Source: Rhizodiscina lignyota
Taxonomy: Eukaryota
Direction of reading: 5' to 3'
Length of the DNA: 64,000 nt
Assembly (NCBI GenBank): GCA_010015805.1
Contig: ML978128.1
Location: 1,178,001-1,242,000 of the forward strand
The position numbers and the translations under genes are program-made. Below, in pieces: positions 1 through 12,776 of the stretch. Under the pieces are notes generated by a model. That model saw nothing but the letters and a program-made list of their open reading frames with translations. It was not told where the DNA came from and searched no databases. Position 1 is the stretch's first letter; each line of letters starts with the position of its first letter.

Positions 1-2
1 GT

Positions 3-1316
3 GGTGTCGACTCTCACGTCCATCTCCATCAAGACAACGCTCCGGCAGGGGACAATTTCGAGACAGGAACCCGGTCCGCAATTGCAGGTGGTACGACAAC
101 AATACTTGCATTCGCATCGCAGAAAAAGACGGATGAAAGTATCATCCCGGTAGTAGAAGAGTACCACCGACGTGCCTCCGGAAATGCGTATTGCGACTAT
201 GGCTTCCACCTCATCCTGTCCAAACCCAATGCTACCATCTTGGAGAAAGAACTTCCCACTCTGGTCAAGGACGGAGGGATATCCTCAGCAAAACTGTACA
301 TGACGTATGCTCGACTAAAATTATCGGACTATGAAGTCTTAGACATAATGAACGCAACGAGGAAGTTGGGTATGACTACCATGATCCACGCGGAGAATGG
401 CGACATGATCGAATTCATTTCCGAGCATCTCGAGAAGCAAAGGATCACTGGACCTTATTCACACGCTTTGAGTCGTCCAGGTATCGTTGAGGATGAGGCA
501 ACCTACCGAGCGATCTCCCTATCCGAGCTTATGGACATACCACTTCTAATCGTTCACATGTCGCAAAAGACTGCGGCTAGTCATGTTCGCAATGCACAAA
601 CACGACTCCTTCCCATCCATGCGGAGACGTGTCCGCACTACCTCTACCTTACAAGTACGCGGCTCAAAGATCCTGGCGATTCTGGCTTTGCTGGCGCGAT
701 GTGCGTGTGCTCTCCTGCTCTACGCGATGATCCGATGGACCTCGAAGCTATGTGGGCGGGCCTGAACAACGGCACTTTCACAACTGTTGCGTCGGACCAT
801 GCACCTGACAAGTACGACCATCCACAGGGAAAGAAGGCAGGTCTTATTGACGGTAAAGGCCACTTTCGGAAGATCCCTAACGGTTTGCCTGGGCTGGAGA
901 CGCGCATGCCGCTGCTGTTCAAAGGTGTACTAGATGGCAGGATCAGCATCCAGAAGTTTGTGGAGTTGAATTGCAGCAATCCGGCGAAGCTGTATGGGAT
1001 GAGCGATCGAAAGGGCACCATTGCGCCGGGGATGGATGCAGATCTGGTTATTTGGTATCCGGTCGAGGGGGATAAGAAGATGGGATCGTTCGCGCTGACG
1101 AATGAAATGTTACACCATGACATTGACTATACGCCGTTTGAAGGAACAGAATTTGCGAACTGGCCGAGGTATACGATTTTGAGGGGCAAAATTGTGTGGG
1201 ATCGAGACGGCGTCGGTTTGGCTGGCGTTAAAGGTGATGGACAGTATCTGAAGAGGGGGAGCAGCACGTTAAGCAAGCCTAGAGATATCTGGGTGAATGA
1301 TTGGAGACCTTCGTAA
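3..1316 (+). CDS. Dihydropyrimidinase / D-hydantoinase (amidohydrolase family), 5' truncated by window edge
   Basis: The frame is open from position 3 (GVDSHVHLH metal-binding HxH motif, AIAGGTTT) and continues into ORF 240-1316 with SAKLYM, IHAENG, ETCPHYL, SDHAP, PNGLPGLETR, NPAKLYG and DADLVIW. Confidence 0.92.
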   Translation, partial: GVDSHVHLHQDNAPAGDNFETGTRSAIAGGTTTILAFASQKKTDESIIPVVEEYHRRASGNAYCDYGFHLILSKPNATILEKELPTLVKDGGISSAKLYMTYARLKLSDYEVLDIMNATRKLGMTTMIHAENGDMIEFISEHLEKQRITGPYSHALSRPGIVEDEATYRAISLSELMDIPLLIVHMSQKTAASHVRNAQTRLLPIHAETCPHYLYLTSTRLKDPGDSGFAGAMCVCSPALRDDPMDLEAMWAGLNNGTFTTVASDHAPDKYDHPQGKKAGLIDGKGHFRKIPNGLPGLETRMPLLFKGVLDGRISIQKFVELNCSNPAKLYGMSDRKGTIAPGMDADLVIWYPVEGDKKMGSFALTNEMLHHDIDYTPFEGTEFANWPRYTILRGKIVWDRDGVGLAGVKGDGQYLKRGSSTLSKPRDIWVNDWRPS

Positions 1317-1521
1317 CCTGATTATTTGTAGGGGTAAGGAGGTATCGTCGTGACTTTTCTTCTAATTACTATCAGCGGCACATCGCAACGCATGGAATGA
1401 GCGAGGAGAGTTATGCTATTGAACGAGATCGCAATGCATTATGAATCACTCATCGTTTCGTAGATGAGATCTCTTTCCGACTTGACAGGTCATGCTCTAT
1501 TAGTCCAGTTCCAGTACCATA

Positions 1522-3410
<1,889 letters not shown>

Positions 3411-3833
3411 TGCTTCAGCCTTAGAATTGCAATTGTCGTGAGTGGTAATGGTGAGGCAATATATTTTGGAGGGGCGTTGGGAAGTGAGGGAAGGTTATGA
3501 CGCTGCGTGGGGCAATCTGGTCAAGTCACCCTGGTCAAGATCGCTGTCAACCACCACAAATTTTCAATTGTACTGTTGTATCTTGCCGAATAGCGCTATG
3601 CTCCTTGAAATGTATCAATCGATTCGCTGGCGGTGTAATATTAGCCGGAATCTCCTTAAACCGGCCAGCTTCGTTCTGCGTTGAGGAATATGGCAAAATT
3701 CTCAGCGAGAGGAAGGGCGGTAGGAGGGAAGGAACAGGCGGTGACTTCAGTTCCCATGCAGTGTAGTCAATCATCACTCTCGTAACCTGCTATAGAGCAT
3801 AAGTTCAATTCCTAGCACAGAGTAGAAGCAGCT

Positions 3834-4281
3834 TCAAGTTATGAGCAACAGCATTAATCTCTCCTCAACTAGCTGTTCTACTCCTCGCAGATCATGTCCC
3901 AACCTATCCCCAAAAGAGAAAGAGAGTCCAGGCCCATCCATCGTCAACATCCTCCCGTCCCTCATCCTACAATCGCCACAACCATAGAGAGCAAAGCTCT
4001 ACTGCTACTTGAGCACGTGCTCGAATAATCACCGGATCTGCTCGATGAGACGACGACGACTTGGGGAAATGTATGAATTGGGTGGGCAGAGTCAGGGTCA
4101 CAGGCATTCAGGCATATATGGATCAGCAACGTGAGGGTATGTTTGATTCACCCTATAGACGGGTCCGTGTCTATCCTCATCACTACCGATCTCCGTTTGA
4201 CTTTCCACTCCCTTTCGATGACCTACTCAGGAGTGTGCTCAATCTACCCGCCCGCGTCATCGCCAGCCGCCAGCTCGGCCA
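3834..4281 (-). pseudogene. Decayed second copy of the domain in ORF 4282-4914
   Basis: Fragments across frames retain TYP, HFP, EQ(I/V) and YGxG in the same order as the ORF, interrupted by TAG/TGA stops and frameshifts. Confidence 0.35.
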
Positions 4282-4914
4282 TCAGTGCTGGAAGTATGGG
4301 AGCCAGAACAACATCAGCCCCATGAGGGCCTCGCGAGCAGGGCCGCGGATTCGGTTCTCCTGCGGCACCCAGCCCTCCTCGATGCTCCGGTTCCATGCCA
4401 CATAGAAGTGGCCCGCCCAATCCATCAACGCCGCCATGGCGAATTCATGGTTGTAATCCATGATGGCGTAGTCGAAGTAGCTTGTGGTCGGAGGGTCTTG
4501 CTGCACCACCGAGCCGTCGATCATCCACTGCGCGATCCTGCGGTCCACGGAATCGGCATCCAGTCTGGAGTACACGGCGGCTCCTCGTCCGTATACATGG
4601 TTCGTGCCGTTGTCATGCATGAAGAGCAACAGGCCAGGGACTTGCTCTTCTACGCCTTCGTCGTCCGGGAAGTGACTGACTGTGATGCAGAGGATGCAGC
4701 AAGGCGGGGTCTCGACTGGAATGGGGTAAGTGGACTCGCTGATACAGATCCAGGTTCTTACGTCCTGTTCGACTTGTTCGGCTTGGAAGGGATTGATGCG
4801 GAAGAAGCGTAGTCGTGGTGTTACGGTAAGACCCGCAACGCGCTCCCTGGCGAATCGTGCATCGATAGCTGCGCGAAGGGCCTCCATCGGCTCCAGCGGC
4901 TGCTGTCCGTTCAT
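4282..4914 (-). CDS. Hypothetical 210-aa orphan protein, possibly the intact half of a decaying two-repeat gene
   Basis: ATG in a good context (CAAACATG), GC-rich coding-like codon use and globular composition. No family recognised. Confidence 0.5.
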   Translation of the reverse strand: MNGQQPLEPMEALRAAIDARFARERVAGLTVTPRLRFFRINPFQAEQVEQDVRTWICISESTYPIPVETPPCCILCITVSHFPDDEGVEEQVPGLLLFMHDNGTNHVYGRGAAVYSRLDADSVDRRIAQWMIDGSVVQQDPPTTSYFDYAIMDYNHEFAMAALMDWAGHFYVAWNRSIEEGWVPQENRIRGPAREALMGLMLFWLPYFQH

Positions 4915-5599
4915 GTTTGAGTAACTAATATAATTAATAGTTGTTCCATGTGGCTCCGATCTCGGTTGGTACTTGCCTTGTTCAGTGTTTGTTCACTTGA
5001 TACCCAAAGTGCGCCAACAGGAAGCAAAATGCCTGCGCGAACCATTTAGCAAGAATATCAAAACAAAAAGGGGAAGAAAGCATACCAACTTGGAACAGTA
5101 TCTTGTCACAATATCTTGTCAAAGCGTACTCTGTGTGGTAGAGGTGAAAGCGTTCGGTAGAGCGCACAACGTGGTTTTCGTGTGTGCTGTTGTGAAGGGA
5201 AGGAGAGAGGAAGAGCTGTGTCGTGAGAAAATATGTATGCTTCTGCCTGTGACAACATGCCAAGCCGTGTATAGGTCGGATTCGGAGTGACCCGTGCACA
5301 ACACTGTCCGGAGCCAGGGCAACGGTGGCAAATTCTTTTAGTGTTACTCTTGAGATTGGAGACAACGCGTGCATGCGTCACCACGCAATGAATGATGAGA
5401 AGATGGACAAGATTGCAACTCGTCATCTCACACGGCGGTTGAGGAAGTGAAGCAAAAGAACGCTGATATTGAGCCGTTCTATGAGAGGATGAAGGGTCTG
5501 TAGGAGAAATGATGGAGGTTCCACCAGTCTGCTTAGATGCAGTTTTCCAATCCAACCCCAACGCCACGCTACCTGAAGCCAACCAAGACGCTCAATCAT

Positions 5600-6887
5600 C
5601 TACTCTGCTCTGAATGGAGGCTTCGCATTCTGAGCCTTTTCGGAGTCGAAGTTCCAAATGCCACTTGTCTTGTCACTCCCGATCGATTCCCCTATTTTCT
5701 CCGCAAGTGTCTCAAACACCAGGTTCTTATCAATGCGAGTGAAAAAGCGACGCCCCCACTCTCGATTCTCGTCTCTCTCCTTTTTCCGTAAATCCCGCTG
5801 ATGATTCTCGATGATTGATTTCTCACGGGAGACCCTGTCGAGGTCTCCAGCCTCGATAGCGTTAGCAACCTTTGCCCAAGCTCGCCTCGACTCCAACTCG
5901 TCCTGCTGCTCAGTTGGCGCTACTATTAAAGGTGTAACCTTCGTCTTCTTTGGATCATGGGTCTCGATGACGTTCTTCGAAGAGTCTTTGATGAAGAAGC
6001 TATCCGACCACTGGCCCTCAGCTTTGTAGAGAACGTCTTTCTCCTTGTCACTGGGGTACAGAATCGCCGAGAAAGTGTTCTTCTTTCCGGATAGCCAGCC
6101 TTTGCCACTGTAATCGATCTTTGCAGTGAAGCCTGAAGAAGAAACAATAAAGCTTCGGCTTTCAAGTTCAACGTATGGGGAGCCTGTAATGAGGCCATCA
6201 ATGTGTAGCGCAGGCAGCGTTATGAGGTAGTCTTCGTTGAAGCCATCGATATGTAAGACTGCATGTCCCACTTGCTGTTTACATATTTTATTCAGTCCTG
6301 AACCTTCTGTCAGTGATGTGGTGTATACGAACCTTGACATATATGGTACGAGCGAAAGAAGCCTTCTGGCCATTGTATCCCTGCAGCCGCACACCATGCT
6401 TGTTGTTCCATATGCAATACGCTGTCACAGGAGGATGGTGAGAGACCTGTTCGCTGACAAGCCTTGTTTCTCCTGCATCATCCTCCCATTTTCCCATGAA
6501 CAGCTCGCCGAGGAATGGGTTTAGTGGCTTCTTCTCCGTCCCGAGTTGCTCGCTTCGGCTTGAATATTGCTGTTTAAGTGTGCTCAGGAACCACTTCAGA
6601 ACTAGCATTGCACGTTTGGCTGGGTCTTCCTCCTTTGCCGGTGCAACGAACAGTGAAGGATGTTCGGTCCAATACGAAGAGTACTCGACAAGAGATTTGC
6701 CTGATAGAATGAATGCGGGAGCGGTCATAGCGGAGAGGTCGCCATTGAACGATGCTATTGACTGTATCTAAATTAGCCACACATTCCCTTTGCTTTATTC
6801 CTTCTCCTCCTTCCATACCTTCAAAAAACTCCCCCATGTAGCCTTTTGAGCAGGTGGCACTGCTGCTGCCTCTTCCTTGTTCGACAT
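5600..6887 (-). CDS. kes1: Oxysterol-binding protein, Kes1/Osh4 family (3 exons)
   Basis: Spliced model [42 protein letters not shown]..., with [10 protein letters not shown] and the OSBP signature EQVSHHPP. Confidence 0.95.
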
Positions 6888-9228
6888 GGTTATTTCCAAA
6901 GGTATTGGGCGTTGCTCGGCTGTGCAACCTCAGGTGAATTTACTTTTCAATAAAAGGAATAAAGGCAAAGGGGGGAGAAGAAAGTAAAAGGCATTGGCGT
7001 TGGGGGTAGATGTAGTTAAACGGCTGATGTGGAGAGCTTGGATCGCGACGTCATTTGAAGAATCTCACACGCGACAGGGCCTCGGCGCTTCCTTCTTGTG
7101 CTCCCAATTGCTGTGGCTGTGCACGACAACGCGAGCAAGACGTCGTCAGCCAATGCTTCTTTACGAATGACCGATGGAGCAGTGATTCCAATTTCCCGCC
7201 CTCGGATACAGCACCTGCCGAAGAAACCGACATCTCTCTGCACCTGAGGAGCGTGGCGATATCGCATAGTACGCATCGCCACAATTGCTCATCAGCGCCA
7301 TCCCATCGTACCGTACTTCCCTTTATAATGTCCAATACGATCACGACCGCGGCAACGACGTCTTCAAAGTAACGAGTTTTCACAAGTAGGAGGCTAAATT
7401 TCGACTGGCTGCTGAAGGACGAGAGGAGGCTGGAGTAGAAATAATACTACAACCCCTATATACGCGTCGGAGCAATGGAGTGTCTCTCAACCAACAAAAC
7501 TCTTCGCTGAGGGAGTGACGGTGGGTGATTTGCGCTCCATCTTGCTCACTGGATATTGCAGTTGGTCACGTTGGTTACAGCGGGTTGAAGAACTTCGCTC
7601 GAGCCCAGCCAGATCTGTCTAAATCTATTGGCAAGCTCATGACAGGCGATGTAATGACTGCCTCTCACGGACAAGACCATCCGCTGGACTCCCTCCGAGG
7701 ACTTATCGTTCGGCTAAGTTACGACCACGACGTTTCATAGGACCATTTTCTGTAATGGCTGTGGTTGAGGTCTCCCAAGATACACCGTCTGGGCGAGATC
7801 ATCGAGTCATGTACAAAACAGGATAGTCCCAATCGTGTGAAGTCACTCTTACCTATGATCGACTGTGTGCGACCTCTTCAATTGGAATCGGGAGATCATG
7901 CCAATTCATTCTGTCACCATTGACATCCTTCGAGTTGATTTTGTGTGAAGGACTCCTTGCTCTACAACGCTGGTCCAGCCTTGCGCTCTCCATGGGTTAC
8001 GCAAACATTGGCTTCTACTACTATATGTGGCACAGCTACTAAGACGCTTCAAACGCCACCTGCAGCCAAATCTACTTTTGCATGTATCAAGCGAAGCTGA
8101 TACTGTATAGATCTATGTCGAAAATTTAGGCAATCTGTACTCCTATCAGACCTAGCTTGTGCACCAGACAGACCTATATAGATTTCGCACAGCATGGGTT
8201 CAGTCATCTAAGTTCTCCTTGCGTGATCGTGCTCCCACGATCACGGCATTAAGGAGAACAAACGCCACCTTCGAGAGCAAGTACGGCGCGTGCGTCTGGG
8301 ATAGCTAACCCGTCAAAGCGATCTCTCCCTGAATATCAGGAGTAAGTGTGTCCTCACAGAACATATGTGGGTTGCACATTGTCCGCTGCCTCAGCTGGGC
8401 GGACGACTAATCATCTCAGCTATTACGACTATCCTCACAGAATGCTCCGCATCGCTTAATCTTGGGGTTTTGATATCTCTACGACTCCATGCGACTAGCG
8501 GACATGTCGAATGATCCAGCACTCATCCCAATATCAACGTCTACAAGCCAAACCTCAACCTTGCAGCAAAAGTTGAAGGGGATGCGACCAAGCTCTTCAC
8601 ACCGGGGGAATGTGGGCTACTTTCTCCGCTAGAGAAAGTGTTTCAGTATCCGTTCTTATGCAAGTTTTGGGGCACAGCGTGGATCAGTAGAAGTCGAGCG
8701 GCTTGAAGTCTGAGAGCTGGAGATCATCGTAGGTTGTGCAAAGGGACACCCTCTTCCGCACAGATCTCATGTTAGCTGCTCGTCCTCTCTTGTGTACCGA
8801 TAATTCAGTCAATGTCTTTAAATTTCTTCGCTTGTCATCATTTCTCAAGGAACCAGAAGGCCCCCACTTCGTCACCTGCATGAACACATCGATGGAGCTG
8901 TTACTCAAGCATGTACGGTCAATAGGAGCTACTCCATGATGACTGAGTCGTGCAGCGTGCTTTAACCTCCTCACGATCGGCCCAGTGTCTGCTCCAAGGG
9001 ACCAAGCTCCGTGAATGACTCTTGCAAGGCCTGTTGTCTCGCACGCTTCCGCAATGTCTGTACTCGATCTTGATTGTCTGTCTCCGAAAGCTCTATATAT
9101 AAGTACCATCATCTGCCGGCTATTCAGAACTTTGCTGATCCATTGCAACAAGCGGTTCTTGCTTAATTCGATCTTCAAACGAATCTACTGTTACACATTT
9201 CTCGACGCCTAGCTCGTAGTCAATCGCA

Positions 9229-10183
9229 ATGTTCCGATCCGTACTGGTCAGAGTCCTTCCTATTGTTCATTGTCAGAGAAAAGTTGACGCTTACTAGATT
9301 GCGCTTGCGCTTTTCTTAAACAATGCTGTTCTCGTCCCTGCCCAGTCGACGTCGTGCTCTGCCGTAACTTGCTCGTTCAGGGTACTTGGCGTTGTTGTTT
9401 CCAGATCAACTACATCCGTCTGGTTCGTTACTCTCTGATTGGAATCTTATTTCTGTAATGGAAACACGGTGAAGAAATTGACGGTGCTGACGAGTTCCAT
9501 CTCTACAGCCCAATCCCGACTACGACTACGACTACGAGGTAAGAGAATCTCAATGTATATATATGCGGCGTAGCGCATGGCCCTTTGTACTTGCACACAT
9601 GGACAATTGCTAAGTACTTTTGGACAGCTCCATAACTTCCTTTATCACCCAAAACGCCACAGTCACCCAAAACGTTACAATCACCCAAAATGCTACAATC
9701 ACCCAAAATGCTACAATCACCCAAAATGCTACAATCACCCAAAATGCTACAATCACCCAAAATGCTACAATCACCCAAAATGCTACGATCACCCAAAACG
9801 CCACAATCACTCAAACAGTGACGAGCACTGCAACGCCGGCAGTAGGGTCTTGCACGGCACAGAACGCAGCGATTCAAGTCTTCGGAGCAAAAGGCTGCTC
9901 CGGCTCACCATCGAGGACGCTCACAGCATACCAGCGCAGATGCCAGCCCGTACCGACCACTTTGTCAACAAGCAATTACATCAAGATCCAGTACTCTGGC
10001 GGAAGACAAGGCGACCAATGCTTTCTCACTCTCTTCGGGCAGACCGGCTGCGCTGGGGCGGCACTCGCGTATAAGTTACCGGTTGCTGGGGCAAACGGAA
10101 TGGCGTCTAGGGAATGTTTGCAGCTCATTGCAAATACGAAGAAGGCAGTGAGTTATCAGCTCTCTTGCAGCTGTCCTGCTTAA
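9229..10183 (+). CDS. Secreted Cys-rich protein with Thr-rich hexapeptide-repeat stalk; exons 9229-9246, 9298-9422, 9509-9538, 9628-10183
   Basis: Three GT-AG introns with branch points give one continuous frame: signal-peptide-like MFRSVLIALALFLNNAVLVPA, a Cys-containing segment, (T-I-T-Q-N-A)n repeats and a C-terminal domain with 8 Cys. Confidence 0.8.
9644..9823 (+). repeat. Coding minisatellite, 10 x 18-bp units (consensus ATCACCCAAAATGCTACA)
   Basis: Directly visible tandem array. Units 3-7 are identical and the outer units are diverged. Confidence 0.97.
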
Positions 10184-11257
10184 GAGCGAGGCCCAATCTG
10201 TCGCGGAGATTTCAGGAAGCGGAGACCTCGAGAGGATGGCAGCGGAACTGAAGAACCAAAGCACTTCTACGCGCATGATGAGACTTATGACTTGGGGAAA
10301 ACACCTACTATGGCAGGCAGTACTATTCGAAGCATATGACACATATCCATCCATGCTCGATATAGATATCATGAACTACAAAATTTGGCATGGCTATGAA
10401 GCTTGTTTTATGACGAATGTCATAGCACCTACATGAACTCCAGAAAGCGGATTTGGACTGACCTCGAAAGATTCGTAATATGTAGTAGTCTCTTGCAGGG
10501 ACGCCAATCGGTAAGGCACTCAAGAAGAATACGACGCGAGCAACATAAATACAGTACGGAATTATTTGCAACCAATCAAAAATCGATATCTCTGCATCCA
10601 AACAACGGCCAGTGCATAAAACTGTACAGGATTAATCCCACATCATTCGGCCGAGATCAATTATACACGGTGGATGTAGACTTGGAAGGCACTGCGCGTA
10701 GCCGAACCCACGATAGCCTCAAGATTTTGCCCTATTCGGGCAATCGGACGACTAACAAGAAGCCAGAATCTGCAGCAGCAGGGTTCGCATGTATCACATT
10801 GCCAAAGGCGTCGAAACCCCGCAAGGACAAACAATTGCCTTGCACGCGACTCCGGCGCCTCCGGCGTGGGATTAAGGTTCACATCTCATATCTGTGACTT
10901 GCCCCTCTCCACGGCAAAGCAGAAATAGCTAATCAAAAGCTTGCGTTTCCATTTCTGCGCTTTCATAATACTACAAGCCTAAATCTACTCTAGGGGTCTG
11001 GCGATATTTCTCGGTCTATGAATCATAAAGGGCGCCCGTAGGATGCATCTCTCAGTTTTATCCAGGCGACTGGAACCTAACGGAGCGCATGCGGCGAGAC
11101 GGGGTGAAGTGGACAAATACAAGGTGTGACGAGAGCTTTCGAACAACGAGCGTGTCCAAGGAGATGAGAACGACCAAAGGGAAGTAAAACGCCAATTCAA
11201 TGCTTTTTCACCATATCCTGATGGCGTCGGTCCAAACGATTACGGCACCATGACGTC

Positions 11258-12776
11258 TCACTCGTCCGCACCCACAATCATGCTCTTCTTCTCCTGAGGA
11301 CTCGCCAACTCGGTCGGTGGGACACCCAGGCCGTTCCTGTTCCTGAAGAACAACACGCCGCGGCCCTCACCCTTTGAGTCCTTGCTAGGTTCGACCCACT
11401 GGCACCATCTCGCGCTCCTCCAGAGGGCAGAAAGGAAGCCAAGGCTACCGCCAGCGATATCAGACCTGTAGTGCTTGCCCATGACTGGCTTGATGGCTTC
11501 ACTGGCCTCATCGGCATTGTAGAAGGGGATGGTGCTGATGTAGTGGTGGAGGACGTGGGTCTCAATGATGCCGTGGAAGAGATGGCGGCCGATGAAGCCG
11601 AATTCGCGATCGATGGTTGCGGCAGCGCCACGTGTGAACGTCCAAGTTTCAGGAGTGTAGTGCGGGAGCGAAGGATCGGTGTGTTGAAGATAGGTGATCG
11701 CAACTGATACAATCGTGAGTTTGCGAATTACACGCATAAATTCAGAAATACTTACCAAGCCAGTGGTTGACCCAGAGATACGGGATGAAGTACCAGACGA
11801 ACATGTTTGTCCAGCCGAAAGTCTTTCCAATGGTGAAGAGAATTGTCGCAGTAATCGCAAGGCCAAGGTCGCTCAAGAGGATAAGGTGCTCATCCTTTCT
11901 CTCATACAGAGGGCTCGACGGGAAGAAATGGTTCACGCCGTTACCCCAGCCATTCGATTTGCCCTTGCCCTTGCCCTCTGGCTGCTTCCCATGGTAGTTG
12001 TGGCCAGTCACGTTCATCAACAAGTATCCAAACCAGCCGAAAAGCTGCTGGTAGATCAGGTGCGTGGCCGTGTAAATGGGCGTCTCCTCGACAAGCTCGG
12101 ACAGCTCATGCGCCATACGGCCAACCGCCGATGCATAGACAGATCGACTCAATGGTACGAAAACCATATCGCGCTCTAGATGGCCGGTTGCTTTGTGATG
12201 CTTGCCATGGGAAATCTTCCAGCTAAAGTACGGGACGAGGAGGGAAGAGTGAATGACCCATCCAACCGTATCATTTAACCTTTTTGAAGGCGAGAAGGAC
12301 TGGTGGCCACACTCGTGCGCAATCACCCAGAGACCGGTACCGAAGAGACCCTGGATGAAGGTATACAGTCCCCAGAGAGCAGCTCTCACAGGAAAGGACG
12401 GGACGGTCTCCGGCGTCACGTAGTTATGGAAGATGTAGAAGGTCGTGGCCAGACAGACAATGTCCCGTGCAATATACGCGAATCCACGAGCTGGCGACCT
12501 CACAAAGCAGTGCTTTGGAATCGCATCACGAATGTCCTTGATTGTGAAGTCGGGGATCTCGAACTCGTTACCGTAGGTATCGAGCAGAACGCCTCGAGCG
12601 TTCTTGACGATCGGCTCATCGAAGGAGGTGAGGGAGGATAATGAGGTCTGAGATGGCGATTGGACCGGAGAGTCAAAGGGCGAGGCAGCAACTGAATTGG
12701 AAGAGGAGGAAGGTGTTGACTCGCTCGTCACGGTGCGCTGCAGGGCCACGTTTCGTGGCCGAAGAATCGGTGACAT
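11258..12776 (-). CDS. fad2: Delta-12 (oleate) fatty acid desaturase; intron 11704-11755
   Basis: His boxes HECGH, HGKHH and HVLHH; FTIKDIRDAIPKHCF; WVNHWL/VAITYLQHTDP joins across the intron. Confidence 0.94.

Noticed and set aside
7740..9200. Possible gene or pseudogene upstream of the secreted repeat protein (ORF 8684-9178 and others)
   Set aside because: No recognisable motifs, multiple stops and no consistent splice model.
9644..9823. CRISPR-like array
   Set aside because: The units are contiguous 18-mers without spacers and lie in frame inside a eukaryotic exon.
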